Counted from the first letter of the stretch, positions 20,792-31,795 are shown. The stretch: 64,000 nucleotides of DNA from Desulfobacterales bacterium (GCA_040771865.1 JAXGZF010000003.1:434001-498000), one strand, 5' to 3'. Notes: generated by a model not told the origin, from the sequence alone. Program-made: numbers and translations.

Positions 20792-21763
20792 TTAACCTCC
20801 AAAACGCCCTTGGTCGTTTTTTTGTATTTCGAGTTTTCTGAAGTTCAGCCAAATATCGAAGAAACCCAGGCCTATGACTACGATCAGCAGAAACTGCTGC
20901 AGGGAAATCAGTCCGTAGAGGCAGACTCTCGCTGGCCTGGAAAAATGTTTGGCTTCAAAATAGTAAGATACAATGGCAATGCCGTTAAAGAAATAGATGG
21001 TTCCTAAAACAATCAGTGCATTGATGCCGGTAAACATCAAAATGTCGACAGGCGTCAACGCCGCCAGACCGCTGACAATGACCAGCCACACCAGATTTTC
21101 CGGCGCCCGCCATCGGTTCAACGTTCCGAAGTCGGGAATTCGAAGCCGGAAGGTTTTGAACAGCGGTCTGGCCAGAAGCAGGGTCGACCAGGAAATCACA
21201 AGGGTTGACGCGATTCCGATGGCCGGGCTGATTCGAATCAGAACATACCGGAGATCTTCCATGGCGCCGGAAATGATCTTCAAATTTTCCTCAGACATTC
21301 CCATGGACTGATAAAAATCCAGGGTCAGCTGAATATTGGCCGTAACGTAGTCCGACACCAGCGTGAATATTCCGGTATGCAAAACCGCGCTGTACCCCAG
21401 CAGAACGATGAAGCCCGCGACGAGGACCACGGCGGTTGAAAAACCGATGGTTTTCTCGACAGGCAGATCCGTTTCAAACAGTTCGCCGAGCATGAAGCCC
21501 AGGAGCATCAATCCAGAGAACAGAACGATGTCTCCGGTGATGCCTCCGATCGCAGCCGTCATGGCGACAGCAGCCGTAATCGACAGGAAGGCTGCGGGTT
21601 TTCTGCCGAGCTTTGCGCGGAAAAAAAGAACCGGCAGCGGTATTAACAAAGAGCAAAGAAATCCGATAATCGGAAAATGCAGCGATATCGCAAAGATAAG
21701 GAGGATAATTCCAAAACCTTTAAAAACCTCCCTGGATAGGGTTTTCCGCCCCGTTTGCGACAT
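20792..21763 (-). CDS. DUF2232/YybS family membrane protein
   Basis: Multi-TM protein ending GFFDIWLNFRK, in the conserved position between rpsR and rplI. Confidence 0.85.
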   Translation of the reverse strand: MSQTGRKTLSREVFKGFGIILLIFAISLHFPIIGFLCSLLIPLPVLFFRAKLGRKPAAFLSITAAVAMTAAIGGITGDIVLFSGLMLLGFMLGELFETDLPVEKTIGFSTAVVLVAGFIVLLGYSAVLHTGIFTLVSDYVTANIQLTLDFYQSMGMSEENLKIISGAMEDLRYVLIRISPAIGIASTLVISWSTLLLARPLFKTFRLRIPDFGTLNRWRAPENLVWLVIVSGLAALTPVDILMFTGINALIVLGTIYFFNGIAIVSYYFEAKHFSRPARVCLYGLISLQQFLLIVVIGLGFFDIWLNFRKLEIQKNDQGRFGG

Positions 21764-21801
21764 GGTATGCAATGCCTTAGCACTGGGTCTCTCGGGTCCG
21801 T

Positions 21802-22077
21802 TCAGAACTCAAACGGCCCCACATAGGGCAGCAGGGCAATGGTTCTTGCGCGTTTGATGGCCTGGTTCAGAGCCCGCTGATGCGCGGCGCAGGTTCCGGA
21901 AATGCGCCGTGGAATGATCTTTCCCCGTTCCGTAATGAAATATTTCAATAACTTCTGATCCTTGTAATCAATCGCAATTTTACTATCCGCACAGAAACGG
22001 CACACCTTGCGACGATGAAAGACTCTCCGTTTTCTTTTCTTCCCATTGCCGTTTTCCTGTCTGCGTTGAAACACCAT
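21802..22077 (-). CDS. rpsR: 30S ribosomal protein S18
   Basis: [29 protein letters not shown]. Confidence 0.97.
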   Translation of the reverse strand: MVFQRRQENGNGKKRKRRVFHRRKVCRFCADSKIAIDYKDQKLLKYFITERGKIIPRRISGTCAAHQRALNQAIKRARTIALLPYVGPFEF

Positions 22078-22078
22078 G

Positions 22079-22501
22079 CTACGCCTCCTCTTCGGTATCT
22101 ATGGCCGATGTCTCTTTAGCTTCGGACGTTGTTTCCGAGGCCTGAAGCCCTTCATCTGCCGTTTTTCTGGATGCCGCCTCCGCCATCTCTCTGCGGATTT
22201 CCTCCAGATCCACTTTTCCCGCCAGCATCACCGACATGAATTTCAGAACCCGATCGTCAATTCGGAAAAACCGTTCCAGTTCGCTGACCAGCTCGCCGTT
22301 GCCGCAGAAATCCACAAGGGCATAATATCCCCGGTTTTTTCTCTTGATGTCATAGGCGAGTTTGCGGGTTCCCCACGGGTCCACTTTTACCAGAAAACCG
22401 TCATGCTGGGTGATCAGATCCTTTACGCGGTCGAAAAGAGGGGCGCGTCCTTCATCGGAAAGATCCGGATCGCTGATAAAAATCGTTTCGTACCTTTTCA
22501 T
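22079..22501 (-). CDS. rpsF: 30S ribosomal protein S6
   Basis: [19 protein letters not shown]. Confidence 0.97.
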   Translation of the reverse strand: MKRYETIFISDPDLSDEGRAPLFDRVKDLITQHDGFLVKVDPWGTRKLAYDIKRKNRGYYALVDFCGNGELVSELERFFRIDDRVLKFMSVMLAGKVDLEEIRREMAEAASRKTADEGLQASETTSEAKETSAIDTEEEA

Positions 22502-22504
22502 GAA

Positions 22505-22550
22505 ACCTCCTTTTGGATATAAAGCCCTGGCCGTCCAGAGCAAGGATAGG
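22505..22550 (-). promoter_or_regulatory. Putative S6:S18 autoregulatory leader RNA
   Basis: UCCUU can pair with the AAGGA Shine-Dalgarno and encloses the hairpin GCUCUGG-ACGG-CCAGGGC plus a CCA (CCR) motif. Confidence 0.7.
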
Positions 22551-22664
22551 CCTAAAAATTAGAATATCTAACAACACAAGGCCCGTCGTGTCAAGCGCAT
22601 TCACCGAATGGCCGGAACAATAAAAAAGGTTAGCTCATGCAAGCTAACCCGGCAATTCAAATTT

Positions 22665-22741
<77 letters not shown>

Positions 22742-22810
22742 GTGAACGATTAGTGTGTGTATCAGCGTTGTCCGGAGTTGTCAATTTTTTTTGCGGTCCT
22801 GCCGATTTTT

Positions 22811-23551
22811 TTATTCCGGCCATTCCGATTTTCCCCGGTTTGTCCGGTTTCTGCGGCGTCTTTCCTTTTTCCAGACAATCTCGTCTTTTTTCCCTTTCGG
22901 AATTCGGTTTCCGTCTTTTTGCCGGACCTTTTCCAAATTCATCAAAAAACTTCCGGGAGTTTCGACCTCTGCGGGCGCAGGGCGCACGGGTTTTGGTTTT
23001 TCTTCCGGCAGGCTCGGTCCGGTAAAACAGCCCGGGTCAATCCGGTCCGCTGTAAAAAGACCTTCGCCGGCTTCAAGGAACCGTGCGCCCTGGTCCGCGC
23101 ATTTTGCAACCATGACGGTCAGCATGACGGGAGTCCGGTCGTGGCGTTTTCCGATTCGAAGGGCCATGGCCGGATCCCGGCAGAGAATCGGCTGAAAATC
23201 CGGGGATGCTTTCAGGCCGTTTTCCAGAAAATACGGGTATGCCCTGCTGCGAACGCAGGTATACAGAAGTTTGGGAAGGTTCTCCGCCGGCTTTCCTATC
23301 GGAGGATACGTCCGGGATGACGCGCGGATCCGGTCGCCGGCGATTTCGAACGGAGGCGTCTTCGATGAGATGAGTATTTCATTCAGATGCGCTGCTCGAA
23401 CATGTCGCAGCCCTTCCTCTTCATGAAGCGCTTTTAACAGTGTTTTTACCTTGACATAGCCTTCTGCGTCCGGAATCAGGCCGAATTCATCCGGTTGGCG
23501 TCCCAGGGCATAGGCGATGATTTTTGCCAGATGCTTGGCGGTTTTCTGCAT
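22811..23551 (-). CDS. RNA 2'-phosphotransferase (KptA/Tpt1)-like protein, apparently degenerate
   Basis: YALGRQPDEFGL..DAEGYV, RIRA, ALRIGKR, FTADRI resemble KptA; catalytic motifs altered. Confidence 0.7.
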   Translation of the reverse strand: MQKTAKHLAKIIAYALGRQPDEFGLIPDAEGYVKVKTLLKALHEEEGLRHVRAAHLNEILISSKTPPFEIAGDRIRASSRTYPPIGKPAENLPKLLYTCVRSRAYPYFLENGLKASPDFQPILCRDPAMALRIGKRHDRTPVMLTVMVAKCADQGARFLEAGEGLFTADRIDPGCFTGPSLPEEKPKPVRPAPAEVETPGSFLMNLEKVRQKDGNRIPKGKKDEIVWKKERRRRNRTNRGKSEWPE

Positions 23552-23909
23552 GGCGTTTCAGCCTGTAGCGTATTGAATTTGGCGGAAAAATCCTTTGCCC
23601 GATCGTGAAAACCCCGCTTGACCTGCCCATGGGTATCTGGTAATTTTCACGTTCAAAGGTTTCCGATTTTATTGAAACTCGGAAACAGGTCCCCTGATTA
23701 TCCTTTTTCTGAAGACGGATACGGGATTTCCAGTCATGTCCTTCTTCTTCAGAAAGCGGGGCAAGGAAAAAACACTTTCTATGACTCTGTCAGGGTTTGT
23801 CAATTGAATTCTCGCAGGCTCCGGCGTAATTTCGTAGAACGACGCCTGCATGAGGCGCGGCGTCATTTTGCATCGGACCTGAAACAAAAAGAAAGGATAT
23901 GTCCAAGAT

Positions 23910-25193
23910 ATGAAAACCCCACGTTCTGAAACCCTTTTTGCGCGTGCATTGAAAACCATTCCCGGCGGCGTGAACAGTCCGGTGCGGGCGGCGCGTTCCG
24001 TGGGCATGAATCCGCTTTTCATCGATCATGCCGAGAGCTGTCTGGTGTTTGATGCGGATGCAAACTGCTATATAGACTATGTGGGGTCCTGGGGGCCGAT
24101 GATTCTGGGGCACCGTCATCCGGCAGTCATTTCCGCCATTGCCGGAGCGCTTGAGAAAGGCACCAGCTTCGGCGCGCCTACCGAACTGGAAATACGGCTG
24201 GCCGAGATGGTGGTCGAGGCGGTGCCGTCCGTGGAGATGGTGCGCATGGTCAATTCCGGAACCGAGGCCACGATGAGCGCCATTCGGCTGGCCCGGGGAT
24301 TTACCGGGCGGGACACGATCATCAAATTTGACGGGTGTTACCACGGTCATGCGGACACCCTGCTGGTTCAGGCCGGTTCGGGAGTGGCTACCCTCGGCAT
24401 TCCGGGCAGTCCCGGAGTTCCGCAGTCCTTTGTCGCCCACACCCTTTCACTGCCCTATAACGATATTCAGGATGTTGAGCAGGTCATGGCACGGCAGGGC
24501 GATGAAATTGCGGCGATCATCGTGGAACCGGTGGCCGGCAACATGGGGCTGGTGCCGCCGGCGTCCGGATTTTTGCAGGCCCTGAGGCTGCTGACGAAAA
24601 AGCACGGAGCCCTGCTGATTTTCGACGAGGTGATGACGGGCTTTCGCGTGGCGTACGGCGGGGCTCAGCGTCTTTACGGCATCACCCCGGATCTGACCAC
24701 CCTGGGCAAGATCATCGGCGGCGGTCTTCCGGTCGGCGCTTACGGAGGCCGGCGGGATATCATGGAGCGTATTGCGCCACAAGGTCCGGTTTATCAGGCC
24801 GGCACCCTGTCCGGAAATCCGGCGGCCATGGCGGCCGGCATCGCGACGCTTTCCGAACTGAAAAAACCGGGATTTTATGAGAAGCTGGAGGAAAAATCCG
24901 CGCGTCTCGCTCGAGGTCTTGAAAAAGCGGCTCTGGATGCCGGCATACCGGTCAATTTGCAGCGGGTCGGATCGATGCTGGGGCTCTTTTTTACCGGAAA
25001 AGAGGTGGTAGATTTCGATACCGCCAAAACCAGCGATCTGAAAAGGTTCTCGGCTTATTATCAAAAGATGCTGGCCCGGGGCGTTTATCTGGCGCCTTCA
25101 CAGTTCGAGGCCTCATTTGTGTCGGCGGCCCACGGAATCGATGCGATCGATGCCACTATTGAGGCCGCGCGGCAGACCATGGCCGAGCTGTAA
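23910..25193 (+). CDS. hemL: Glutamate-1-semialdehyde 2,1-aminomutase
   Basis: [44 protein letters not shown]. Confidence 0.97.
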   Translation: MKTPRSETLFARALKTIPGGVNSPVRAARSVGMNPLFIDHAESCLVFDADANCYIDYVGSWGPMILGHRHPAVISAIAGALEKGTSFGAPTELEIRLAEMVVEAVPSVEMVRMVNSGTEATMSAIRLARGFTGRDTIIKFDGCYHGHADTLLVQAGSGVATLGIPGSPGVPQSFVAHTLSLPYNDIQDVEQVMARQGDEIAAIIVEPVAGNMGLVPPASGFLQALRLLTKKHGALLIFDEVMTGFRVAYGGAQRLYGITPDLTTLGKIIGGGLPVGAYGGRRDIMERIAPQGPVYQAGTLSGNPAAMAAGIATLSELKKPGFYEKLEEKSARLARGLEKAALDAGIPVNLQRVGSMLGLFFTGKEVVDFDTAKTSDLKRFSAYYQKMLARGVYLAPSQFEASFVSAAHGIDAIDATIEAARQTMAEL

Positions 25194-25257
25194 TAATATT
25201 TCGGACGCATTTCAGTCCGGAATGATTTCCCCCTTTCGGTTCGAAAGGGGGAAATTT

Positions 25258-25911
25258 TCAGGGCTTGATATTGGAGAGCTGATCGTTGGGGCCGATCAGG
25301 ACCAGCGTATCTCCGGCCTGCAGCGAATCATCGGCCTTTGGAATGAATCTGAAATTTTTCATTCCGGCCTTTTTGACGGCAATGACCTGAATGCTGAAAC
25401 GGTTGGAGAGGTTGATCTGGCGAAGCGTTTTCCCGGCCCATTCCTTGACGGCGACCTCATGGAGCGACACTTCCTGATCGAAAGGCAGATATTCGATGAA
25501 TCCCGGAATGGCCAGGCGGCTGGCAAACTGGGCGGCGGCCATCAGCTCGGGAATGATCACCTCGTCCACGCCGATCTTCCTTAAAAGCTTCTCATGATCC
25601 GTGTTGACCGCCTTGACCCACACCGTGTGAATTCCCATCTCTTTCAGATACATGGAAATCATCGTGCTGGCGGCGATCGAATCTCCGACGCAGACCATCA
25701 CGTGGTTGAGTTCGGCGAAACCGATCTGTTCCAGGGCTTTTTTATCCGCGGCTTCGGCCTGATAGACCTGAGTGAAGACATGCCGAGCCTGGCGGACGCT
25801 TTCGGGATTGCTGTCCACCCCGACCACCTCGTGTCCGATCTGAACCAGAGCGGCGCCGAAACGGAATCCGAATTTTCCCAGACCTATGACGCCGATTCTA
25901 AGTTTTCCCAT
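25258..25911 (-). CDS. ktrA: Ktr/Trk K+ uptake NAD-binding subunit
   Basis: VIGLGKFG RCK_N plus RCK_C domain. Confidence 0.9.
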   Translation of the reverse strand: MGKLRIGVIGLGKFGFRFGAALVQIGHEVVGVDSNPESVRQARHVFTQVYQAEAADKKALEQIGFAELNHVMVCVGDSIAASTMISMYLKEMGIHTVWVKAVNTDHEKLLRKIGVDEVIIPELMAAAQFASRLAIPGFIEYLPFDQEVSLHEVAVKEWAGKTLRQINLSNRFSIQVIAVKKAGMKNFRFIPKADDSLQAGDTLVLIGPNDQLSNIKP

Positions 25912-25929
25912 ATCATTTCTCCGAAAAGC

Positions 25930-27294
25930 CTATCCGACGAGCATGGATTCTTCGGGAAGGCGGTAGAATTGTTCTTTTTGATAGCTTTGAATGGCCGCCA
26001 GAAACAGAATCGGACCCAGTCTTCCGAGAAACATCAGCACCGTGATGATGCACTTGCCGGCAAGGCTCAACTTCGGGGTCAGGCCGGTGCTGAGCCCCAC
26101 GGTGCCGAAGGCTGATATCGATTCAAAAAGAATTTCAAGGTAAAGGCCCTTTGCCTCGGGATGGGGCCTCAACCCGGCCTCGGTGAAGTTCAGGCCGAGC
26201 GTGGCGGTGAATACAATGATCGTTGCAAACAAGAGCAGAACCAGGGCCTTGTTCATGGTGGACGAATCGATGGCGAACCGCCCGATCGAGGCCTGTTGAC
26301 GGCCTTTAATCTGGGCCGCCGCAAAGGCCGTCAGTGCGCGGAAAGTGGTGACCTTGATGCCTCCGGCGCAGGATCCGGGCGCTCCTCCGATAAACATCAG
26401 AATGATCATCACCAGAAGAGACACATTGGTCATCTGTCCGATGTCCAGGGTATTGAAACCGGCGGTTCGGCAGGTCACCGACTGGAACAGGGAGGTCAAC
26501 AGAGCGGTCGGAGCGGACATGCTTTCTCCGGGACCGGCAAACTCTGCAAGATAGATGCATCCCCAGCCGGCTAGGACGAGAAACAGGCTGGTGGAAATTA
26601 CGATCCGCGGATACCAGGTCAGGCGGAAGGGCGGGCGTTTTTTCCGGCGCAGAAATACCCACTGACGGATACAGCCGGCCGTTTCGGTCAGCACGCTGAA
26701 ACCCATGCCCCCAAGCATGATCAGAGCGATGAAAACCAGGTTGACGCTCCAGTGGCTCCGCCATCGGGTCAGGCTGTCGCTGTAAAGCGAAAATCCGGCG
26801 TTGCAGAAGGCGGAAATTGAGTGAAAGACGGCCGAATAAACGCCGAAGCCCTGCGGGTCTCGAATGTATATCAGAATGGCGCCAGCCGCCTCGATGCAGA
26901 AAGTCCACAGAACGATGCGCGTTAAAAATCTTCCAAGATCAAAGGCCGGGTCGTGAAGCAGGGTCTGGCCCACGGCGATGCGGTCGGTCAGTGATACCTG
27001 CCGGCGCCAGAGGTAGAAGACCAGGCCGGTAAAGGTCATGATTCCCAGCCCCCCGAGCTGGATCAGGCACAAAATTACGGTCTGGCCGAAGCGGGTGAAG
27101 CAACTGCCCGTGTCCACGACGGTCAGACCGGTGACGCAGGCGGCCGATGTGGCGGTGAACAGCGCGTCGATCGTCGACATTTCTCCGGATACAATGCTGG
27201 CCGGACTGCTCAAGACCAGCGTGCCGATGAGAATGGCGACTCCGAAGAACAATATGGGCAGAGAAAACGGGGAGAGGTGTATTTTATGCTTCAT
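25930..27294 (-). CDS. ktrB: Ktr/Trk K+ uptake membrane subunit
   Basis: Pore loops TSAACVTGL, SAFCNAGF, RTAGF, SAFGTVGLS. Confidence 0.93.
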   Translation of the reverse strand: MKHKIHLSPFSLPILFFGVAILIGTLVLSSPASIVSGEMSTIDALFTATSAACVTGLTVVDTGSCFTRFGQTVILCLIQLGGLGIMTFTGLVFYLWRRQVSLTDRIAVGQTLLHDPAFDLGRFLTRIVLWTFCIEAAGAILIYIRDPQGFGVYSAVFHSISAFCNAGFSLYSDSLTRWRSHWSVNLVFIALIMLGGMGFSVLTETAGCIRQWVFLRRKKRPPFRLTWYPRIVISTSLFLVLAGWGCIYLAEFAGPGESMSAPTALLTSLFQSVTCRTAGFNTLDIGQMTNVSLLVMIILMFIGGAPGSCAGGIKVTTFRALTAFAAAQIKGRQQASIGRFAIDSSTMNKALVLLLFATIIVFTATLGLNFTEAGLRPHPEAKGLYLEILFESISAFGTVGLSTGLTPKLSLAGKCIITVLMFLGRLGPILFLAAIQSYQKEQFYRLPEESMLVG

Positions 27295-27387
27295 GAAGAT
27301 CTGTTCACAACTTTTCGAAATTCAAGGATATCACCGGATGACGCTCCGGAATTTGCCGCATGGATCCGCGGATTTGAATTTCAATAT

Positions 27388-28218
27388 TTACCGATTCAGG
27401 GCTTTTTTCATGACCTGAGCGATTTCCGGAAGCGCGGTGCCGCTGGCGGATCGAATGAAACGGCCGTTGTTCTGAACCGCCAGGGCGGAAAACGGATTCT
27501 CCTCGATGTTCACGTCGATGATCATTGCTTTTTGCCTGGCCGCCGTCCATGCCACCAGATTGGGAAGATGGGTCGCTCCAGAGGTGCCGGCAATCAGCAG
27601 CAGAGCGGTTTCGGAGGCTGCTTTCAGGCTGCTGTCGTAACGGTAGTGAACCTCGTTGTAGGTCTCGTCGAACCACAGGATATGCGGTCGGCCTGCGGCC
27701 CCGCATTGAGGACAGCGAAGCAGCCGGCGGTCTTCATCGGTCAGTTTTTCTCCTTTGGATTTGGGGCAAACCCCTTTTGCAATGGGATAAAACTGTTCGG
27801 AGCACTCCCGGAAACAGCGCATGAAGAATACGTTTCCGTGAATCTGATAAGTACGCTCCAGGCTGTTTCCGGCTCGAAGATGAAGACCGTCCACGTTCTG
27901 GGTGATCAGGGTGAACCGGTCCTCAAGCAGGCGTTCCAGTTCAGCGATCGCCTGGTGGCCGGCATTGGGCCGGGCTCTCTGGCACACCCCCATGCGGTAG
28001 AGGTACCATTTCCAGACCTCGTCGGGATTCTGAACGAACATTTCGTAGGTGGCCATTTCCTGGGGATGATATTCCCTGGAACCGACGGTCCAGTATCCCT
28101 CGGGTCCCCGGAAGGTGGGAATCCCGCTTTCAGCGGAAATGCCCGCTCCGGTCAATACGGTGATACGGCCGTTCCCGATTGCAATGGCTGTGAGAATATC
28201 TTGAAGCGGCTTGTCCAT
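27388..28218 (-). CDS. cobB: Sir2 family NAD-dependent deacylase
   Basis: TGAGISAESGIPTFRG, TQNVDGLH, IHG, CxxxC/CxxC, GTS. Confidence 0.92.
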   Translation of the reverse strand: MDKPLQDILTAIAIGNGRITVLTGAGISAESGIPTFRGPEGYWTVGSREYHPQEMATYEMFVQNPDEVWKWYLYRMGVCQRARPNAGHQAIAELERLLEDRFTLITQNVDGLHLRAGNSLERTYQIHGNVFFMRCFRECSEQFYPIAKGVCPKSKGEKLTDEDRRLLRCPQCGAAGRPHILWFDETYNEVHYRYDSSLKAASETALLLIAGTSGATHLPNLVAWTAARQKAMIIDVNIEENPFSALAVQNNGRFIRSASGTALPEIAQVMKKALNR

Positions 28219-28467
28219 GGAGGCTGCTCCTTCTAACTTCAGTTTTCTGATAGAAAGTTCGGCGTTTAAAATTCACCGCCCGGCGGCTTCCGTGCATGAG
28301 GTATAAAAAATATTAGAAAGAAATTCAAGCGGTTTTCAGATTCAGTCAAGGGGCTCGTTCAATTGAATTCCTTGAGCCCGTCTTACGAATAGGATAAAAA
28401 CAGATTTTGTAAAATGCCCGGCAACATGGTAAACGGCAGGGAAATGATCGCCGGTTGCAGGAGAAAA

Positions 28468-29889
28468 ATGACGAAGTCTCTGAATCGCATTCCCGAAAAA
28501 GTTCAATCCATTCATCTGATTGCCGTGTGCGGCACCGCCATGGGCGCTCTGGCCTGCATGTTCAAGGATATGGGGTATTCGATTACCGGTTCGGATGCAA
28601 AGGCGTATCCGCCGATGAGCGATTTTCTTCGCGACAAGCAGGTTCGGGTTTTTGAAGGGTTTGACGGAAACAACCTTTCATATGGCCCGGATCTGGTCGT
28701 TGTGGGTAATGCGGTCAGCAGAGACAATTCAGAGGTCGTTCGAATGCAGCAGGCGGGGCTCTGTTTCTGTTCCATGCCCCAGGCGGTCAATCATTTTGCC
28801 GCGGCCGGCAAGAAACAGCTTCTCGTCGCCGGAACCCACGGAAAGACCACGACCGCATCGCTCCTGGCCTGGGTGCTTTACCAGGCCGGGCTGGATCCTT
28901 CCTTTATGATCGGCGGCATCGTGAAAAACTTCGACAGCAACTACCGGGTCGGGGCCGGGCCCTATATCGTCATCGAGGGGGATGAGTACGATACGGCGTA
29001 TTTCGACAAGGGACCGAAATTTTTGCATTACAGGCCCCACCGCGGCATTCTGACGAGCGTGGAATTCGATCATGCCGACATCTTCCGGGATCTGGATCAT
29101 GTCCGGCAGGCCTTTGCGGGCTTTGTCGGCGCCATGCCCGAAGATTCCATTCTGGTCGCCTTTGATCAGGATTCAAATGTCGCGGGTTTGATTCAAGACG
29201 CGCCATGTCCCGTGACCGGATACGGCCCGGATGCAGGGTCTCTCTGGCATCCGCAAAATGTTCAAGCCGATGCGCCCTGGATGCGGTTCGATGCCTGTTG
29301 CGGCCGGTCGGTTTTCGGCACCTTCAGAAGCCCGATGGTCGGGGTCCACAACCTGCACAACACACTGGGCGTAATAGCCGTGGCGGAAAGCCTCGGCCTC
29401 GATTCCAGGGTTATCGGCCAGGGCCTGGAGAGCTTTCAGGGCGTTCGAAGACGTCAGGAGATCCGCGGAGTTCGAAATGGCATCACGGTGATGGATGATT
29501 TCGCCCACCATCCCACGGCGGTTCAGGAGACCCTTCGGGCGGTCCGGAATTTTTTTTCAGGCCGCAGAATTGTCGCGGTTTTTGAACCCCGGACCAACAC
29601 CAGCATGCGGAACATCTTTCAGGACGTTTATCCGGCGGCTTTTGACGATGCGGATCTGATCTGCATACGAAAGCCCCCGCTGCTTTCAAAAATTCCCGAA
29701 GGTCTTCGGTTTTCCTCGGAAAAACTGGTGGCGGACCTGAGAGAGCGGAAAAAGGAGGCCTTTTATTTTCCGGACACCGATGCCATCATCGATTTTCTGA
29801 TCAGAAACGTCCGTTCCGGGGACCTGATCGTGGTCATGTCCAACGGAGGATTTGACAACATCCACAATAGGTTATTGGAAAGACTGTGA
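28468..29889 (+). CDS. mpl: Murein peptide ligase; last 7 aa supplied by the integrated element
   Basis: IAVCGTAM, GTHGKTTT, EGDEYDTAYFDK, DDFAHHPTA, MSNGGFD. Confidence 0.93.
   Translation: MTKSLNRIPEKVQSIHLIAVCGTAMGALACMFKDMGYSITGSDAKAYPPMSDFLRDKQVRVFEGFDGNNLSYGPDLVVVGNAVSRDNSEVVRMQQAGLCFCSMPQAVNHFAAAGKKQLLVAGTHGKTTTASLLAWVLYQAGLDPSFMIGGIVKNFDSNYRVGAGPYIVIEGDEYDTAYFDKGPKFLHYRPHRGILTSVEFDHADIFRDLDHVRQAFAGFVGAMPEDSILVAFDQDSNVAGLIQDAPCPVTGYGPDAGSLWHPQNVQADAPWMRFDACCGRSVFGTFRSPMVGVHNLHNTLGVIAVAESLGLDSRVIGQGLESFQGVRRRQEIRGVRNGITVMDDFAHHPTAVQETLRAVRNFFSGRRIVAVFEPRTNTSMRNIFQDVYPAAFDDADLICIRKPPLLSKIPEGLRFSSEKLVADLRERKKEAFYFPDTDAIIDFLIRNVRSGDLIVVMSNGGFDNIHNRLLERL
29842..29865 (+). repeat. att core, left copy (AACGGAGGATTTGACAACATCCAC)
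   Basis: Identical to 43759-43782. Confidence 0.95.
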
Positions 29890-31029
29890 ATTTTCGGAAG
29901 GGTCGTCTTTTGGTTGCGTATAGGTTGCGGATTGTTGCGGATTGTCCAGTGCGTCTATCTCTGTTTTAAACCGGCCAGGGCTCCAATGTGCGTAAACATC
30001 GCAGGTTATTGTTGGGCTTGAATGGCCCAGCTGGTTCGACACGTCGAGCACGTTATGGCCCCGCATGAGCCGAATGGTGGCATATGAATGCCTGAGGTCA
30101 TGGGTTCGGACCTTTCGAAGCCTTGCGGCCTGGCAGCAACGGTCCAGGGCGTTTTGAAAGGTCAGCCTGTTTAATATTTCGCCCCGATCGCCGGTAAAAA
30201 CAAAATCCGAAACCGGTTTGCCGGATTTTAACGCCTTACGCTTCTGAGCTATACGGTGATCCTTCAATGCCTCTGACAGAAGGGGGGTCATATCGACCCG
30301 CCGGCGCTTTTTGCTTTTGGTGTCGGTGATCCGGCCCTTCCTCCAACTTCTCTTGACCTCAATCTGTCTGTTTTCAAGATCGATGTCCCCCCATTCCAGG
30401 GCTTGAATTTCCCCGATTCTCAACCCGGTTCGAAGCGCCAATAGCATAACCGGATAATATTTTCCGTCCATAAAACTCTTTGACGCTTCAAGCAGCAGGT
30501 GGGCTTCAGCTTCGTTGAACGGTTCAACGTCATGAGCCTTTTTCTTGAACTGCATCTTCAGGTCTTTGAACGGATTTGAACCAATGAATTCCAACTCAAC
30601 GGCATAGGATAAAATCCCGCTGAACGGCGCCCGAATCAACTTCAGGGTGTTGGCGTGCAAGCCCATTGTGTACAACTTGTTGAAGAACGCCTTCAAATCC
30701 TTTCGAAGTATGGATTCAACCGGCTTTTTCCCAAACAACGGGTAAACATGAATTCTCAGAATGTCGGAATAGCTGTCCTTTGTGGACTCTTTCCAATCAT
30801 GGGGAAGCGCAAGCCACATTTCAGCGCATTGCCTGAAGGAAGGCCCCCTGACATTGATCTTTTCAACCTTCAGCTCGCCAAGCACAAGCCTTGCACTGAT
30901 TTTTTCGGCCGCTTTATGGGCAAGCTTTTCATCCGTTCCGATTTTTTTTGCCTTGCGGCATCCCTCATGGTCTATAAAAACCCACCAAACGCCAGATCCC
31001 TTAGGTTTTTCTCGAACTTTTACACCCAT
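29872..31029 (-). CDS. int: Tyrosine integrase with N-terminal arm-binding domain
   Basis: GLRIGE (R), TKSK (K), HDLRH, LGH, VYAH (Y); adjacent to att. Confidence 0.95.
   Translation of the reverse strand: MGVKVREKPKGSGVWWVFIDHEGCRKAKKIGTDEKLAHKAAEKISARLVLGELKVEKINVRGPSFRQCAEMWLALPHDWKESTKDSYSDILRIHVYPLFGKKPVESILRKDLKAFFNKLYTMGLHANTLKLIRAPFSGILSYAVELEFIGSNPFKDLKMQFKKKAHDVEPFNEAEAHLLLEASKSFMDGKYYPVMLLALRTGLRIGEIQALEWGDIDLENRQIEVKRSWRKGRITDTKSKKRRRVDMTPLLSEALKDHRIAQKRKALKSGKPVSDFVFTGDRGEILNRLTFQNALDRCCQAARLRKVRTHDLRHSYATIRLMRGHNVLDVSNQLGHSSPTITCDVYAHWSPGRFKTEIDALDNPQQSATYTQPKDDPSENSQSFQ
29911..29932 (+). repeat. Putative integrase arm-type site (TGGTTGCGTATAGGTTGCGGAT)
   Basis: 22-bp exact copy at 43668-43689; internal GGTTGCG tandem. 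Confidence 0.75.
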
Positions 31030-31120
31030 ATGAAAGTCCCTCGCTTTCCGCCCTGGTGATTTACCGAAGGAGGGGGGCCAGGGAAGCCCCCTTTTCGGCG
31101 CGCGCCGCCTATCCTACGGT

Positions 31121-31795
31121 TTACGGTTTGCCAACTGACCTGAAAAGGTCCGGGCTCTTGGCGTCCGGACTGACATCGATGTTATTCTTTCTCAGCCAGT
31201 TGTACAAGTTCGGAAGGGTTGTGTCGTACCGTTCGGCGATAAAGGTTTTGGGGGATCCACTTTTTAAGAGGGCTTCAATCTCCAGCCGGTATTGGTCAAG
31301 CTTTGATTTGCCGGGTCCCTTTGGCCTGCCCAACTTGACGCCGGCGGCTTTTCTGGCCTTCAAAGCCTCTTTCGTCCTGGATGAAATCAAATCGCGTTCG
31401 ATCTCGGCCGCGATGGAAAAGGCCATCGCCATGACTTTTGATTGAATTGAGCCGTTAAGCTCCCAGTTGCCCTTAACCGCATAGACCGATATGCCTTTTT
31501 CTTTGGCAATGGCCAGAATTTCCATGATCTCGAGCATTGACCGGCCCAGCCTTGACATTTCAGGAACGATAAGGCGATCGCCATCGCCGAGGCAGTCAAT
31601 GATCCCCTTGATCTTTCGTTCTTTCCAGGTCCTGTTGCCAGAGGCCTTTTCTTCGACAAACTCAACCCTGCCAAAATCCTTCTCATTGGCTATTCGAAGG
31701 ATATCGTCCTTGTTTTTCTCTGTGTCCTGATCAACCGTTGACACTCTCAGATAAGCAACCGTTTTGGGTTTTGGATCGATATTTTTTGACGCCAT
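31121..31795 (-). CDS. Small serine recombinase (resolvase/invertase)
   Basis: AYLRVST..Q, EEKASG, MSRLGRS, AEIERDLISSRTKE, GRPKG, C-terminal HTH. Confidence 0.95.
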   Translation of the reverse strand: MASKNIDPKPKTVAYLRVSTVDQDTEKNKDDILRIANEKDFGRVEFVEEKASGNRTWKERKIKGIIDCLGDGDRLIVPEMSRLGRSMLEIMEILAIAKEKGISVYAVKGNWELNGSIQSKVMAMAFSIAAEIERDLISSRTKEALKARKAAGVKLGRPKGPGKSKLDQYRLEIEALLKSGSPKTFIAERYDTTLPNLYNWLRKNNIDVSPDAKSPDLFRSVGKP

